A stretch of DNA of 64,000 bases. Source: Eledone cirrhosa. Lineage: Eukaryota. The translations under genes and the position numbers were made by a program. The notes under the pieces were generated by a model. It ran no database searches. It was not told the DNA's origin and saw only the letters and a program-made list of their open reading frames with translations. Each line of letters begins with the position of its first letter. Within the stretch, counting starts at the first letter, position 1. Shown here piece after piece: positions 1 to 14,130 of the stretch. Where the stretch lies: positions 219,790,001-219,854,000 of the forward strand of contig OZ024743.1 of NCBI GenBank assembly GCA_964016885.1, in the 5' to 3' direction.

Positions 1-3000
1 GTTGTTAGAACCCCAGATAGAATGTTGTTAGAACGCCAGATAGAATGTTGTATGAACGCCAGATAGAATATTGTATGAACGCCAGATAGAATGTTGTATG
101 AACGCCAGATAGAATGTGTTAGAACGCCAGATAGAATGTTGTTAGAACGCCAGATAGCATGCTGTTAGAACGCCAGATAAAATGTTGTATGAACGCCAGA
201 TAAAATGTTGTATGAACGCCAGATAGAATGTTGTTAGAACGCCTGATAGAATGTTGTATGAACGCCAGATAGAATGTTGCTAAAACGCCAGATAGAATGT
301 TGTTAGAATCCAGATAGAATTTTGTTAGAACGCCAGATAGAATGATGTATGAACGCCAGATAGAATGTTGTATGAACGCCAGATAGAACGTTGTTAGAAC
401 GCCAGATAGAATGTTGTATGAACGCCAGATAGAATGTTGTATGAACGCCAGATAGAATGTTGTATGAACGCCAGATAGAATGCTGTTAGAACGCCAGATA
501 GCATGCTGTTAGAACGCCAGATAAAATGTTGTATGAACGCCAGATAGAATGTTGTTAGAACGCCAGATAGAATGTTGTATGAACACCGGATAGAACGTTC
601 TTAGAACGCCGAATAGAATTTTGTTAGAACGCCAGATAGAATTTTGTATGAACGCCAGATAGAATGTTGTATGAACGTCATATAGAATGTTGTTAGAACG
701 CCAGATAGAATGTTATTAGTACGCAAGATAGAATGTTGTATGAACGCCAGATAGAATGTTGTATGAACGCCAGATAGAATTTTGTAATAACGCCAGATAG
801 AATGATGATAAAACGCCAGATAAAATGTTGTTAGAACACCAGATAGAATGTTGTATGAACGCCAGATAGAATGTTGTATGAACGCCAGATAGTATGTTGT
901 ATGAACGCCAGATAGAATTTTGTTAGAACGCCAGATAGAATGATGTATGAACGCCAGATAGAATGTTGTATGAACGCCAGATAGAATGTTGTTAGAACGC
1001 CAGATAGAATGTTGTATGAACGCCAGATAGAATGTTGTTAAAACGCCAAATAGAATGTTGTTACAACGCCAGATAGAATGTTGTTAGAACGCCAGATAGA
1101 ATTTTGTTAGAACGCCAGATAGAATGTTGTATGAACACCGGATAGAACGTTCTTAGAACGCCGAATAGAATTTTGTTAGAACGCCAGATAGAATTTTGTA
1201 TGAACGCCAGATAGAATGTTGTATGAACGTCATATAGAATGTTGTTAGAACGCCAGATAGAATGTTATTAGTACGCAAGATAGAATGTTGTATGAACGCC
1301 AGATAGAATGTTGTATGAACGCCAGATAGAATTTTGTTAGAACGCCAGATAGAATGTTGTATGAACGCCAGATAGAATGTTGTATGAACGCCAGATAGAA
1401 TGTTGTATGAACGCCAGATAGAATGTTGTATGAACGCCAGATAGAATGTTGTATGAACACCGGATAGAATGTTGTTAGAACGCCGAATAGAATGTTGTTA
1501 GAACGCCAGATAGAATGTTGTTAGAACGCCAGATAGAATGTTGTTACAACGCCAGATAGAATGTAGTTAGAACGCCAGATAGAATCTTGTTAGAACGCCA
1601 GATAGAATGATGTATGAACGACAGATAGAATGTTGTATGAATGCCAGATAGAACGTTGTTAGAACGCCAAATAGAATGTTGTATGAACACCGGATAGAAT
1701 GTTGTATGAACGCCAGATAGAATGTTGTTACAACGCCAGATAGAATGTTGTTAGAACGCCAGATAGAATTTTGTTAGAACGCCAGATAGAATGATGTATG
1801 AACGCCAGATAGAATGATGTATGAACGCCAGATAGAACGTTGTTAGAACGCCAGATAGAATGTTGTATGAACGTCAGATAGAACGTTGTTAGAACGCCAG
1901 ATAAAATGTGGTATGAACGCCAGATAGAATGTTGTTAGAACGCCAGATAGAATGCTGTTATAACGCCAGATAAAATATTGTGTGAACGCCAGATAGAATG
2001 TTGTATGAACGCCAGATAGAATGTTGTTAGAACGCCACATAGAATGTTGTTAGAACGCCAGATAGAATGTTGTATGAACGCCAAATAGAATGTTGTGAAA
2101 ACGTCACATAGAATGTTGTTAGAACGCCAGATAGAATGTTGTATGAACGCCAGATAGAATGTTGTATGAACGCCAGATAGAATGTTGTATGAACGCCAGA
2201 TAGAATGTTGTATGAACGCCAGATAGAATGCTGTTAGAACGCCAGATAGCATGCTGTTAGAACGCCAGATAAAATGTTGTATGAACGCCAGATAGAATGT
2301 TGTTAGAACGCCTGATAGAATGTTGTATGAACGCCAGATAGAATGTTGTATGAACGTCAGATAGAATGTTGTTAGACCGCCACATAGAATGATGTATGAA
2401 CGCCTGATAGAATGTTGTATGAACGCCAGATAGAATGTTGTATGAACGCCAGATAGAATGTTGTATGAATGCCAGATAGAATGTTGTTAGAACACCAGAT
2501 AGAATGTTGTTAGAACGCCAGATAGAATGTTGTATGAACGCCAGACAGAATGTTGTTACAACACCAGATAGAATGTTGTTAGAACCCCAGATAGAATGTT
2601 GTTAGAACGCCAGATAGAATGTTGTATGAACGCCAGATAGAATGTGTTAGAACGCCAGATAGAATGCTGTTAGAACGCCAGATAGCATGCTGTTAGAACG
2701 CCAGATAAAATGTTGTATGAACGCCAGATAAAATGTTGTATGAACGCCAGATAGAATGTTGTTAGAACGCCTGATAGAATGTTGTATGAACGCCAGATAG
2801 AATGTTGCTAAAACGCCAGATAGAATGTTGTTAGAATCCAGATAGAATTTTGTTAGAACGCCAGATAGAATGATGTATGAACGCCAGATAGAATGTTGTA
2901 TGAACGCCAGATAGAACGTTGTTAGAACGCCAGATAGAATGTTGTATGGACACCGGATAGAATGTTGTTAGAACGCCGAATAGAATGTTGTTAGAACGAC

Positions 3001-6000
3001 AGATAGAATGTTGTAAGAACGCCGGATAGAATGTTGTTAGAACGCCAGATAGAATGTTGTTAGAACGCCAGATAGAATTTTGTAATAACGCCATATAGAA
3101 TGATGTTAAAACGCCAGATAAAATGTTGTTAGAACACCAGATAGAATGTTGTATGAACGCCAGATAGAATGTTGTATGAACGCCAGATAGTATGTTGTAT
3201 GAACGCCAGATAGAATTTTGTTAGAACGCCAGATAGAATGTTGTATGAACGCCAGATAGAATGTTGTATGAACGCCAGATAGAATGTTGTTAGAACGCCA
3301 GATAGAATGTTGTATGAACGCCAGATAGAATGTTGTTAAAACGCCAAATAGAATGTTGTTACAACGCCAGATAGAATGTTGTTAGAACGCCAGATAGAAT
3401 TTTGTTAGAACGCCAGATAGAATGTTGTATGAACACCGGATAGAACGTTGTTAGAACGCCGAATAGAATTTTGTTAGAACGCCAGATAGAATTTTGTATG
3501 AACGCCAGATAGAATGTTGTATGAACGTCATATAGAATGTTGTTAGAACGCCAGAGAGAATGTTATTAGTACGCAAGATAGAATGTTGTATGAACGCCAG
3601 ATAGAATGTTGTATGAACGCCAGATAGAATTTTGTTAGAACGCCAGATAGAATGTTGTATGAACGCCAGATAGAATGTTGTATGAACGCCAGATAGAATG
3701 TTGTATGAACGCCAGATAGAATGTTGTATGAACGCCAGATAGAATGTTGTATGAACACCGGATAGAATGTTGTTAGAACGCCGAATAGAATGTTGTATGA
3801 ACACCGGATAGAATGTTGTATGAACGCCAGATAGAATGTTGTATGAACGCCAAATAGAATGTTGTATGAACACCGGATAGAATGTTGTATGAACGCCAGA
3901 TAGAATGTTGTTACAACGCCAGATAGAATGTTGTTAGAACGCCAGATAGAATTTTGTTAGAACGCCAGATAGAATGATGTATGAACGCCAGATAGAATGA
4001 TGTATGAACGCCAGATAGAACGTTGTTAGAACGCCAGATAGAATGTTGTATGAACGTCAGATAGAACGTTGTTAGAACGCCAGATAAAATGTTGTATGAA
4101 CGCCAGATAGAATGTTGTTAGAACGCCAGATAGAATGCTGTTATAACGCCAGATAAAATATTGTGTGAAAGCCAGATAGAATGTTGTATGAACGCCAGAT
4201 AGAATGTTGTTAGAACGCCACATAGAATGTTGTTAGAACGCCAGATAGAATGTTGTATGAACGCCAAATAGAATGTTGTGAAAACGTCACATAGAATGTT
4301 GTTAGAACGCCAGATAGAATGTTATTAGTGCGCAAGATAGAATGTTGTATGAACGCCAGATAGAATGTTGTATGAACGCCAGATAGAATTTTGTTAGAAC
4401 GCCAGATAGAATGTTGTATGAACGCCAAATAGAATGTTGTATGAACGCCAGATAGAATGTTGTATGAACACCGGATAGAATGTTGTTAGAACGCCGAATA
4501 GAATGTTGTTAGAACGCCAGATAGAATGTTGTATGAACACCAGATAGAATGTTGTATGAACGCGAGATAGAATGTTGTTAGAACACCAGATAGAATGTTG
4601 TTAGAACGCCAGAAAGAATGTTGTTACAACGCCAGATAGAATGTTGTTAGAACGCCAGATAGAATTTTGTTAGAACGCCAGATAGAATGATGTATGAACG
4701 CCAGATAGAATGTTGTATGAACGCCAGATAGAACTTTGTTAGAACGCCAGATAGAATGTTGTATGAAAACCGGATAGAACGTTGTTAGAACGCCGAATAG
4801 AATGTTGTTAGAACGACAGATAGAATGTTGTATGAACGCCGGATAGAATGTTGTTAGAACACCGGATAGAATGTTGTTAGAACGCCGAATAGAGTGTTGT
4901 TAGAACACCAGATAGAATGCTGTTAGAACGCCAGATAAAATGTTGTATGAAAGCCAGATAGAATGTGTTAGACCGCCACATAGAATGATGTATGAACGCC
5001 AAATAGAATGTTGTATGAACGCCAGATAGAATATTGTATGAACGCCAGATAGAATGTTGTATGAACGCCAGATAGAATGTGTTAGAACGCCAGATAGAAT
5101 GCTGTTAGAACGCCAGATAGCATGGTGTTAGAAGGCCAGATAAAATGTTGTATGAACGCCAGATAGAATGTTGTTAGAACGCCAGATAGAATGTTGTATG
5201 AACGCCAGATAGAATGTTGTATGAACGCCAGATAGAATGTTGTATGAACGCCAGATAGAATGCTGTTAGAACGCCAGATAGAATGCTGTTAGAACGCCAG
5301 ATAAAATGTTGTATGAACGCCAGATAGAATGTTGTTAGAACGCCTGATAGAATGTTGTATGAACGCCAGATAGAATGTTGTATGAACGTCAGATAGAATG
5401 TTGTTAGACCGCCACATAGAATAATGTATGAACGCCTGATAGAATGTTGTATGAACGCCAGATAGAATGATGTTAGAACGCCAGATAGAATGTTGTTAGA
5501 CCGCCACATAGAATGTTGTATGAACGCCAGCTAGAATGTTGTATGAACGCCAGATAGAATGTTGTATGAACGCCAGATAGAATGTTGTATGAATGCCAGA
5601 TAGAATGTTGTTAGAACACCAGATAGAATGTTGTTAGAACGCCAGATAGAATGTTGTTAGAACGCCAGATAGAATGTTGTATGAACGCCAGATAGAATAT
5701 TGTATGAACGCCAGATAGAATGTTGTATGAACGCCAGATAGAATGTGTTAGAACGCCAGATAGAATGCTGTTAGAACGCCAGATAGCATGCTGTTAGAAC
5801 GCCAGATAAAATGTTGTATGAACGCCAGATAAAATGTTGTATGAACGCCAGATAGAATGTTGTTAGAACGCCTGATAGAATGTTGTATGAACGCCAGATA
5901 GAATGTTGCTAAAACGCCAGATAGAATGTTGTTAGAATCCAGATAGAATTTTGTTAGAACGCCAGATAGAATGATGTATGAACGCCAGATAGAATGTTGT

Positions 6001-7500
6001 ATGAACGCCAGATAGAACGTTGTTAGAACGCCAGATAGAATGTTGTATGGACACCGGATAGAATGTTGTTAGAACGCCGAATAGAATGTTGTAAGAACGC
6101 CGGATAGAATGCTGTTAGAACGCCAGATAGAATGTTGTTAGAACGCCAGATAGAATTTTGTAATAACGCCAGATAGAATGATGTTAAAACGCCAGATAAA
6201 ATGTTGTTAGAACACCACATAGAATGTTGTATGAACGCCAGATAGAATGTTGTATGAACGCCAGATAGTATGTTGTATGAACGCCAGATAGAATGTTGTT
6301 AGAACGCCAGATAGAATGTTGTATGAATGCCAGATAGAATGTTGTTAAAACGCCAAATAGAATGTTGTTACAACGCCAGATAGAATGTTGTTAGAACGCG
6401 AGATAGAATTTTGTTAGAACGCCAGATAGAATGTTGTATGAACACCGGATAGAACGTTGTTAGAACGCCGAATAGAATTTTGTTAGAACGCCAGATAGAA
6501 TTTTGTATGAACGCCAGATAGAATGTTGTATGAACGTCATATAGAATGTTGTTAGAACGCCAGATAGAATGTTGTATGAACGCCAGATAGAATGTTGTAT
6601 GAACGCCAGATAGAAATTTGTTAGAACGCCAGATAGAATGTTGTATGAACGCCAGATAGAATGTTGTTTGAACGCCAGATAGAATGTTGTATGAACGCCA
6701 GATAGAATGTTGTATGAACACCGGATAGAATGTTGTTAGAACGCCGAATAGAATGTTGTTAGAACGCCAGATAGAATGTTGTTAGAACGCCAGATAGAAT
6801 GTTGTTACAACGCCAGATAGAATGTAGTTAGAACGCCAGATAGAATCTTGTTAGAACGCCAGATAGAATGATGTATGAACGCCAGACAGAATGTTGTATG
6901 AATGCCAGATAGAACGTTGTTAGAACGCCAAATAGAATGTTGTATGAACACCGGATAGAATGTTGTATGAACGCCAGATAGAATTTTGTTAGAACGCCAG
7001 ATAGAATGATGTATGAACGCCAGATAGAATGATGTATGAACGCCAGATAGAACGTTGTTAGAACGCCAGATAGAATGTTGTATGAACGCCAGATAGAACC
7101 TTGTTAGAACGCCAGATAAAATGTTGTATGAACGCCAGATAGAATGTGGTTAGAACGCCAGATAGAATGCTGTTATAACGCCAGATAAAATATTGTGTGA
7201 ACGCCAGATAGAATGTTGTATGAACGCCAGATAGAATGTTGTTAGAACGCCACATAGAATGTTGTTAGAACGCCAGATAGAATGTTGTATGAACGCCAAA
7301 TAGAATGTTGTGAAAACGTCACATAGAATGTTGTTAGAACGCCAGATAGAATGTTATTAGTGCGCAAGAAAGAATGTTGTATGAACGCCAGATAGAATGT
7401 TGTATGAACGCCAGATAGAATATTGTCAGAACGCCAGATAGAATGTTGTATGAACGCCAAATAGAATGTTGTATGAACGCCAGATAGAATGTTGTATGAA
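1..7500. repeat. Degenerate higher-order repeat, three related blocks about 2.5-3.1 kb apart
   Basis: The private cassette TTGCTAAAACGCC followed by the 22-bp monomer GAATCCAGATAG recurs at about 307, 2835 and 5936 (offsets 2528 and 3101). Each is preceded by GAATGTGTTAG and TAGCATGCTG variants. Boundaries are approximate. Confidence 0.75.
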
Positions 7501-9599
7501 CAGCGGATAGAATGTTGTTAGAACGCCGAATAGAATGTTGTTAGAACGCCAGATAGAATGTTGTTAGAACGCCAGATAAAATGTTGTATGAACGCCAGAT
7601 AGAATGTTGTATGAACACCACACAGAATGTTGTATGAACGCCAGATAGAATGTTGTATGAACGCCAGATAGAATGTTGTTAGACCGCCACATAGAATGTT
7701 GTATGAACGCCAGATAGAATGTTGTATGAATGCCAGATAGAATGTTGTATGAACGCCAGATAGAATGTTGTTAGAACGCCGAAATAGAATGTTGTTAGAA
7801 CGCCAGATAGAATGTTGTATGAACGTCATATAGAACGTTGTATGAACGCCGGATAGAATGTTGTATGGCCGCCAGATAGAATGTTGTTAGAACGCCAGAT
7901 AGAATGTTGTATGAACGCAAGATAGAATGTTGTTAGAACGCCAGATAGAATTTTGTTAGGACGCCAGATAGAATGTTATTAGTACGCCAGATAGAATGTT
8001 GTATGAACGCCAGATAGAATGTTGTATGAACGCCAGATAGAATGTTGTTAGAACGCCGAATAGAATGTTGTTAGAACGCCAGATAGAATGCTGTTAGAAC
8101 GCCAGATAAAATGTTGTATGAACGCCAGATAGAATGTTGTTAGAACGACAGATAGAATGTTGTATGAACGCCGGATAGAATGTTGTTAGAACGCCAGATA
8201 GAATGCTGTTATAACGCCAGATAAAATATTGTGTGAACGCCAGATAGAATGTTGTATGAACGCCAGATAGAATGTTGTTAGAACGCCACATAGAATGTTG
8301 TTAGAACGCCAGATAGAATGTTGTATGAACACGAGATAGAATGTTGTATGAACGCCAAATAGAATGTTTTGAAAACGTCACATAGAATGTTGTTAGAACG
8401 CCAGATAGAATGTTATTAGTGCGCAAGATAGAATGTTGTATGAACGCCAGATAGAATGTTGTATGAACGCCAGATAGAATGTTGTTACAACACCAGATAG
8501 AATGTTGTTAGAACCCCAGATAGAATGTTGTATGAACGCCAGATAGAATGTTGTTAGAACGACACATAGAATGTTGTTTGTTAGAATGGCAGATAGAATT
8601 TTGTTAGAACGCCAGATAGAATGATGTATGAACGCCAGATAGAATGTTGTATGAACGCCAGATAGAATGTTGTTAGAACGCCAGATAGAATGTTGTATGA
8701 ACACCGGATAGAACGTTGTTAGAACGCCAGATAGAATGTTGTATGAACACCGGATAGAACGTTGTTAGAACGCCAGATAGAATGTTGTATGAACACCGGA
8801 GAGAATGTTGCTAGAACGTCGAATAGTACGCTGTTAGAACGCCAGATACAATGTTGTATGAACGCCAGATAGAATGTTGTATGAACGCCAGATAGAATGT
8901 TGTTAGACGCCACATAGAATGTTGTATGAACGCCAGATAGAATGTTGTATGAACGCCAGATAGAATGTTGTATGAACGCCAGATAGAATGATGTTAGAAC
9001 GCCAGATAGAATGTTGTTAGACCGCCACATAGAATGTTGTATGAACGCCAGATAGAATGTTGTATGAACGCCAGATAGAATGTTGTATGAACGTCATATA
9101 AAATGTTGTTACAACGCCAGATAGAATGTTGTTAGAACGCCAGATAGAATGTTGTATGAACGCCAGATAGAATGTTGTTAGAACGCCAGATAGAATTTTG
9201 TTAGGACGCCAGATAGAATGTTATTAGTCCGCCAGATAGAATGTTGTTAGAATACCAGATAGAATGTTGTTACAACGCCAGATAGAATGTTGTATAAACG
9301 CCAGTCAGAATGTTGTTTCAACACCAGATAGAATGTTGTATGAACGCCAGATAGAATGTTGTTAGAACGCCAGATAGAATGTTGTTAGAACGCCAGATAG
9401 AATGTTGTATGAACGCCAGTCAGAATGTTGTTTCAACACCAGATAGAATGTTGTTGGAACCCCAGATAGAATGTTGTTAGAACGCCAGATAGAATTTTGT
9501 ATGAACACCGGATAGAATGTTGTTAGAACGCCGAATAGAATGTTGTGAGAACGCCAGATAGAATGTTGTATGAACGCCAGATAGAACGTTGTTAGAACG

Positions 9600-12500
9600 C
9601 CAGATAGAATGTTGTTAGAACGCCAGATAGAATATTCTTAGAACGCCAAATAGAATGTTCTTAGAACGCCAGATAGAATGTTGTATGAACACCAGATAAA
9701 TGTTGTATGAACGCCAGATAGAATGTGGTTAGAACGCCACATAGAATGTTGTTAGAACGCCAGATAGAATGTTGTATGAACACCAGATAGAATGTTGTAT
9801 GAACGCCAGATAGAATGTTGTTAGAACACCAGACAGAATGTTGTATGAACGCCAGATAGAATGTTGTTACAACGCCAGATAGAATGTTGTTAGAATGCCA
9901 GATAGAATGTTGTATGAACACCGGATAGAATGTTGTTAGAACGCCGAATAGAATGCTGTTAGAACGCCAGATAGAATGCAGTTAGAACGCCAGATAAAAT
10001 GTTGTATGAACGCCAGTTAGAATGTTGTTAGACCGCCACGTAGAATGTTGTATGAACGCCAGATAGAATGTTGTATGAACGCCAGATAGAATGTTGTTAG
10101 ACCGCCACATAGAATGTTGTATGAACGCCAGATAGAATGTTGTATGAACGCCAGATAGAATGATGTTAGAACGCCAGATAGAATGTTGGTAGACCGCCAC
10201 ATAGAATGTTGTTAGAACGCCAGATAGAATGATGTATGAACACCGGATAGAATGTTGTTAGAACGCCGAATAGAATGTTGTTAGAACGCCAGATAGAATG
10301 TTGTATGAACACCGGATAGAATGTTGTTAGAACGCCGAATAGAATGTTGTTAGAACGACAGATAGAATGTTGTATGAACGCCGGATAGAATGTTGTTAGA
10401 ACGCCAGATAGAATATTGTTAGAACGCCAGATAGAATGTTGTATGAACGCCAGATAGAATGATGTTAAAACGCCAGATAGAATGTTGTTAGAACACCAGA
10501 TAGAATGTTGTATGAACGCCAGATAGAATGTCGTATGAACGCCAGATAGAATGTTGTATGAAGGCCAGATAGAATTTTGTTAGAACGCCAGATAGAACGT
10601 TGTTAGAACGCCAAATAGAATGTACTTAGAACGCCAGATAGAATGTTGTATGAACACCAGATAAATGTTGTATGAACGCCAGATAGAATGTGGTTAGAAC
10701 GCCACATAGAATGTTGTTAGAACGCCAAATAGAATGTTGTATGAACACCAGATAGAATGTTGTTAGAACACCAGATAGAATGTTGTATGAACGCCAGATA
10801 GAATGTTGTTACAACGCCAGATAGAATGTTGTTAGAATGCCAGATAGAATGTTGTATGAACACCGGATAGAATGTTGTTAGAACGCCGAATAGAATGCTG
10901 TTAGAACGCCAGATAGAATGCAGTTAGAACGCCAGATAAAATGTTGTATGAACGCCAGATAGAATGTTGTATGAACGCCAGATAGAATGTTGTATGAACG
11001 CCAGATAGAATGTTGTTAGACCGCCACATAGAATGTTGTATGAACGCCAGATAGAATGTTGTATGAACGCCAGATAGAATGTTGTATGAACGCCAGATAG
11101 AATGATGTTAGAACGCCAGATAGAATGTTGGTAGACCGCCACATAGAATGTTGTATGAACGCCAGATAGAATGTTGTATGAACGCCAGATAGAATGTTGT
11201 ATGAACGCCAGATAGAATGTTGTATGAACGTCATATAGAATGTCGTATGAACGCCAGATAGAATGTTCTTACAACGCCAGATAGAATGTTGTTAGAACGC
11301 CAGATAGAATGTTGTATGAACGCCAGATAGAATGTTGTTAGAACACCAGATAGAATATTGTACGAACGCCGGATAGAATGTTGTTAGAACGCCGAATAGA
11401 ATGTTGTGAGAACGACAGATAGAATATTGTACGAACGCCGGATAGAATGTTGTTATAACGCCACATAGAATGTTGTTATAACGCCAGATAAAATGCTGTG
11501 TGAACGCCAGATAGAATGTTGTATGAACGCCAGATAGAATATTGTCTGAACGCCAGATAGAACGTTGTTAGAACGCCAGATAGAATGTTGTTAGAACGCC
11601 AGATAGAATGTTGTATGAACACCAGATAAATGTTGTATGAACGCCAGATAGAATGTGGTTAGAACGCCACATAGAATGTTGTTAGAACGCCAGATAGAAT
11701 GTTGTATGAACCCCAGATAGAATGTTGTTACAACGCCAGATAGAATGTTGTTAGAATGCCAGATAGAATGTTGCATGAACACCGGATAGAATGTTGTTAG
11801 AACGCCGAATAGAATGCTGTTAGAACGCCAGATAGAATGCAGTTAGAACGCCAGATAAAATGTTGTATGAACGCCAGTTAGAATGTTGTTAGACCGCCAC
11901 GTAGAATGTTGTATGAACACCAGATAGAATGTTGTATGAACGCCAGATAGAATGTTGTTAGACCGCCACATAGAATGTTGTATGAACGCCAGATAGAATG
12001 TTGTATGAACGCCAGATAGAATGTTGTTAGACCGCCACATAGAATGTTGTATGAACGCCACATAGAATGTTGTATGAACGCCAGATAGAATGATGTTAGA
12101 ACGCCACATAGAATGTTGTTAGAACGCCAGATAGAATGATGTATGAACACCGGATAGAATGTTGTTAGAACGCCGAATAGAATGTTGTTAGAACGCCAGA
12201 TAGAATGTTGTATGAACACCGGATAGAATGTTGTTAGAACGCCAGATAGAATATTGTTAGAACGCCAGAAAGAATGTTGTCTGAACGCCAAATAGAATGA
12301 TGTTAAAACGCCAGATAGAATGTTGTTAGAACACCAGATAGAATGTTGTATGAACGCCAGATAGAATGTCGTATGAACGCCAGATAGAATGTTGTATGAA
12401 GGCCAGATAGAATTTTGTTAGAACGCCAGATAGAATGTTGTATCAACGCCAGATAGAATGTTGTGTGAACGCCAGATAGAATGTTGTTAGAACGCCAGAT

Positions 12501-14130
12501 AGAATGTTGTATGAACACCGGATAGAATGTTGTTAGAACGCCGAATAGAAAGTTGTTAGAACGCCAGATAGAATGTTGTATGAACGCCAGATAGAATGTT
12601 GTTAAAACGCCACATAGAATGTTGTTATAACGCCAGATAAAATGCTGTGTGAACGCCAGATAGAATGTTGTATGAACGCCAGATAGAACGTTGTTAGAAC
12701 GCCAGATAGAATGTTGTTAGAAAGCCAGATAGAATGTTCTTAGAACGCCAAATAGAATGTTCTTAGAACGCCAGATAGAATGTTGTATGAACACCAGATA
12801 AATGTTGTATGAACGCCAGATAGAATGTGGTTAGAACGCCACATAGAATGTTGCTAGAACGCCAGATAGAATGTTGTATGAACACCAGATAGAATGTTGT
12901 ATGAACGCCAGATAGAATGTTGTTAGAACACCAGATAGAATGTTGTATGAACGCCAGATAGAATGTTGTTACAACGCCGGATAGAATGTTGTTAGAATGC
13001 CAGATAGAATGTTGTTAGAACGCCGAATAGAATGTTGTGAGAACGACAGATAGAATATTGTACGAACGCCGAATAGAATGTTGTTAGAACGCCAGATAGA
13101 ATGTTGTATGAACGCCACATAGAATGTTGTTAGAACGCCAGATAGAATGCTGTTAGAATGCCAGATAGAATGCTGTTAGAACGCCAGATAAAATGTTGTA
13201 TGAACGCCAGTTAGAATGTTGTTAGACCGCCACGTAGAATGTTGTATGAACGCCAGATAGAATGTTGTATGAACGCCAGATAGAATGTTGTATGAACGCC
13301 AGATAGAATGTTGTATGAACGCCAGATAGAATGTTGTTAGAACACCAGATAGAATGTTGTATGAACGCCAGATAGAATGTTGTTACAACGCCAGATAGAA
13401 TGTTGTTAGAATGCCAGATAGAATGTTGTATGAACACCGGATAGAATGTTGTTAGAACGCCGAATAGAATGCTGTTAGAACGCCAGATAGAATGCAGTTA
13501 GAACGCCAGATAAAATGATGTATGAACGCCAGTTAGAATGTTGTTAGACCGCCACGTAGAATGTTGTATGAACGCCAGATAGAATGTTGTATGAACGCCA
13601 GATAGAATGTTGTATGAACGCCAGATAGAATGTTGTTAGACCGCCACATAGAATGTTGTATGAACGCCAGATAGAATGTTGTATGAACGCCAGATAGAAT
13701 GTTGTATGAACGCCAGATAGAATGATGTTAGAACGCCAGATAGAATGTTGGTAGACCGCCACATAGAATGTTGTATGAACGCCAGATAGAATGTTGTATG
13801 AACGCCAGATAGAATGTTGTATGAACGCCAGATAGAATGTTGTATGAACGTCATATAGAATGTCGTATGAACGCCAGATAGAATGTTCTTACAACGCCAG
13901 ATAGAATGTTGTTAGAACGCCAGATAGAATGTTGTATGAACGCCAGATAGAATGTTGTTAGAACACCAGATAGAATATTGTACGAACGCCGGATAGAATG
14001 TTGTTAGAACGCCGAATAGAATGTTGTGAGAACGACAGATAGAATATTGTACGAACGCCGGATAGAATGTTGTTAGAACGCCGAATAGAATGTTGTTAGA
14101 ACGCCAGATAGAATGTTGTATGAACGCCAC
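9600..14130. repeat. Imperfect ~965-bp (42-monomer) higher-order repeat domain
   Basis: The 22-bp monomer ACCAGATAAATG plus TGTGGTTAG recurs at 9691, 10656, 11621 and 12793 (offsets 965, 965, 1172). GAATGCAGTTAG recurs at about 9977, 10919, 11838 and 13493. Confidence 0.75.

Noticed and set aside
9640-9680. Heat-shock element-like GAAnnTTC in GAATGTTCTTAGAA variants
   Set aside because: Only a minority variant has it, and the next GAA is 3 nt rather than 2 nt away, so there is no canonical three-unit HSE.
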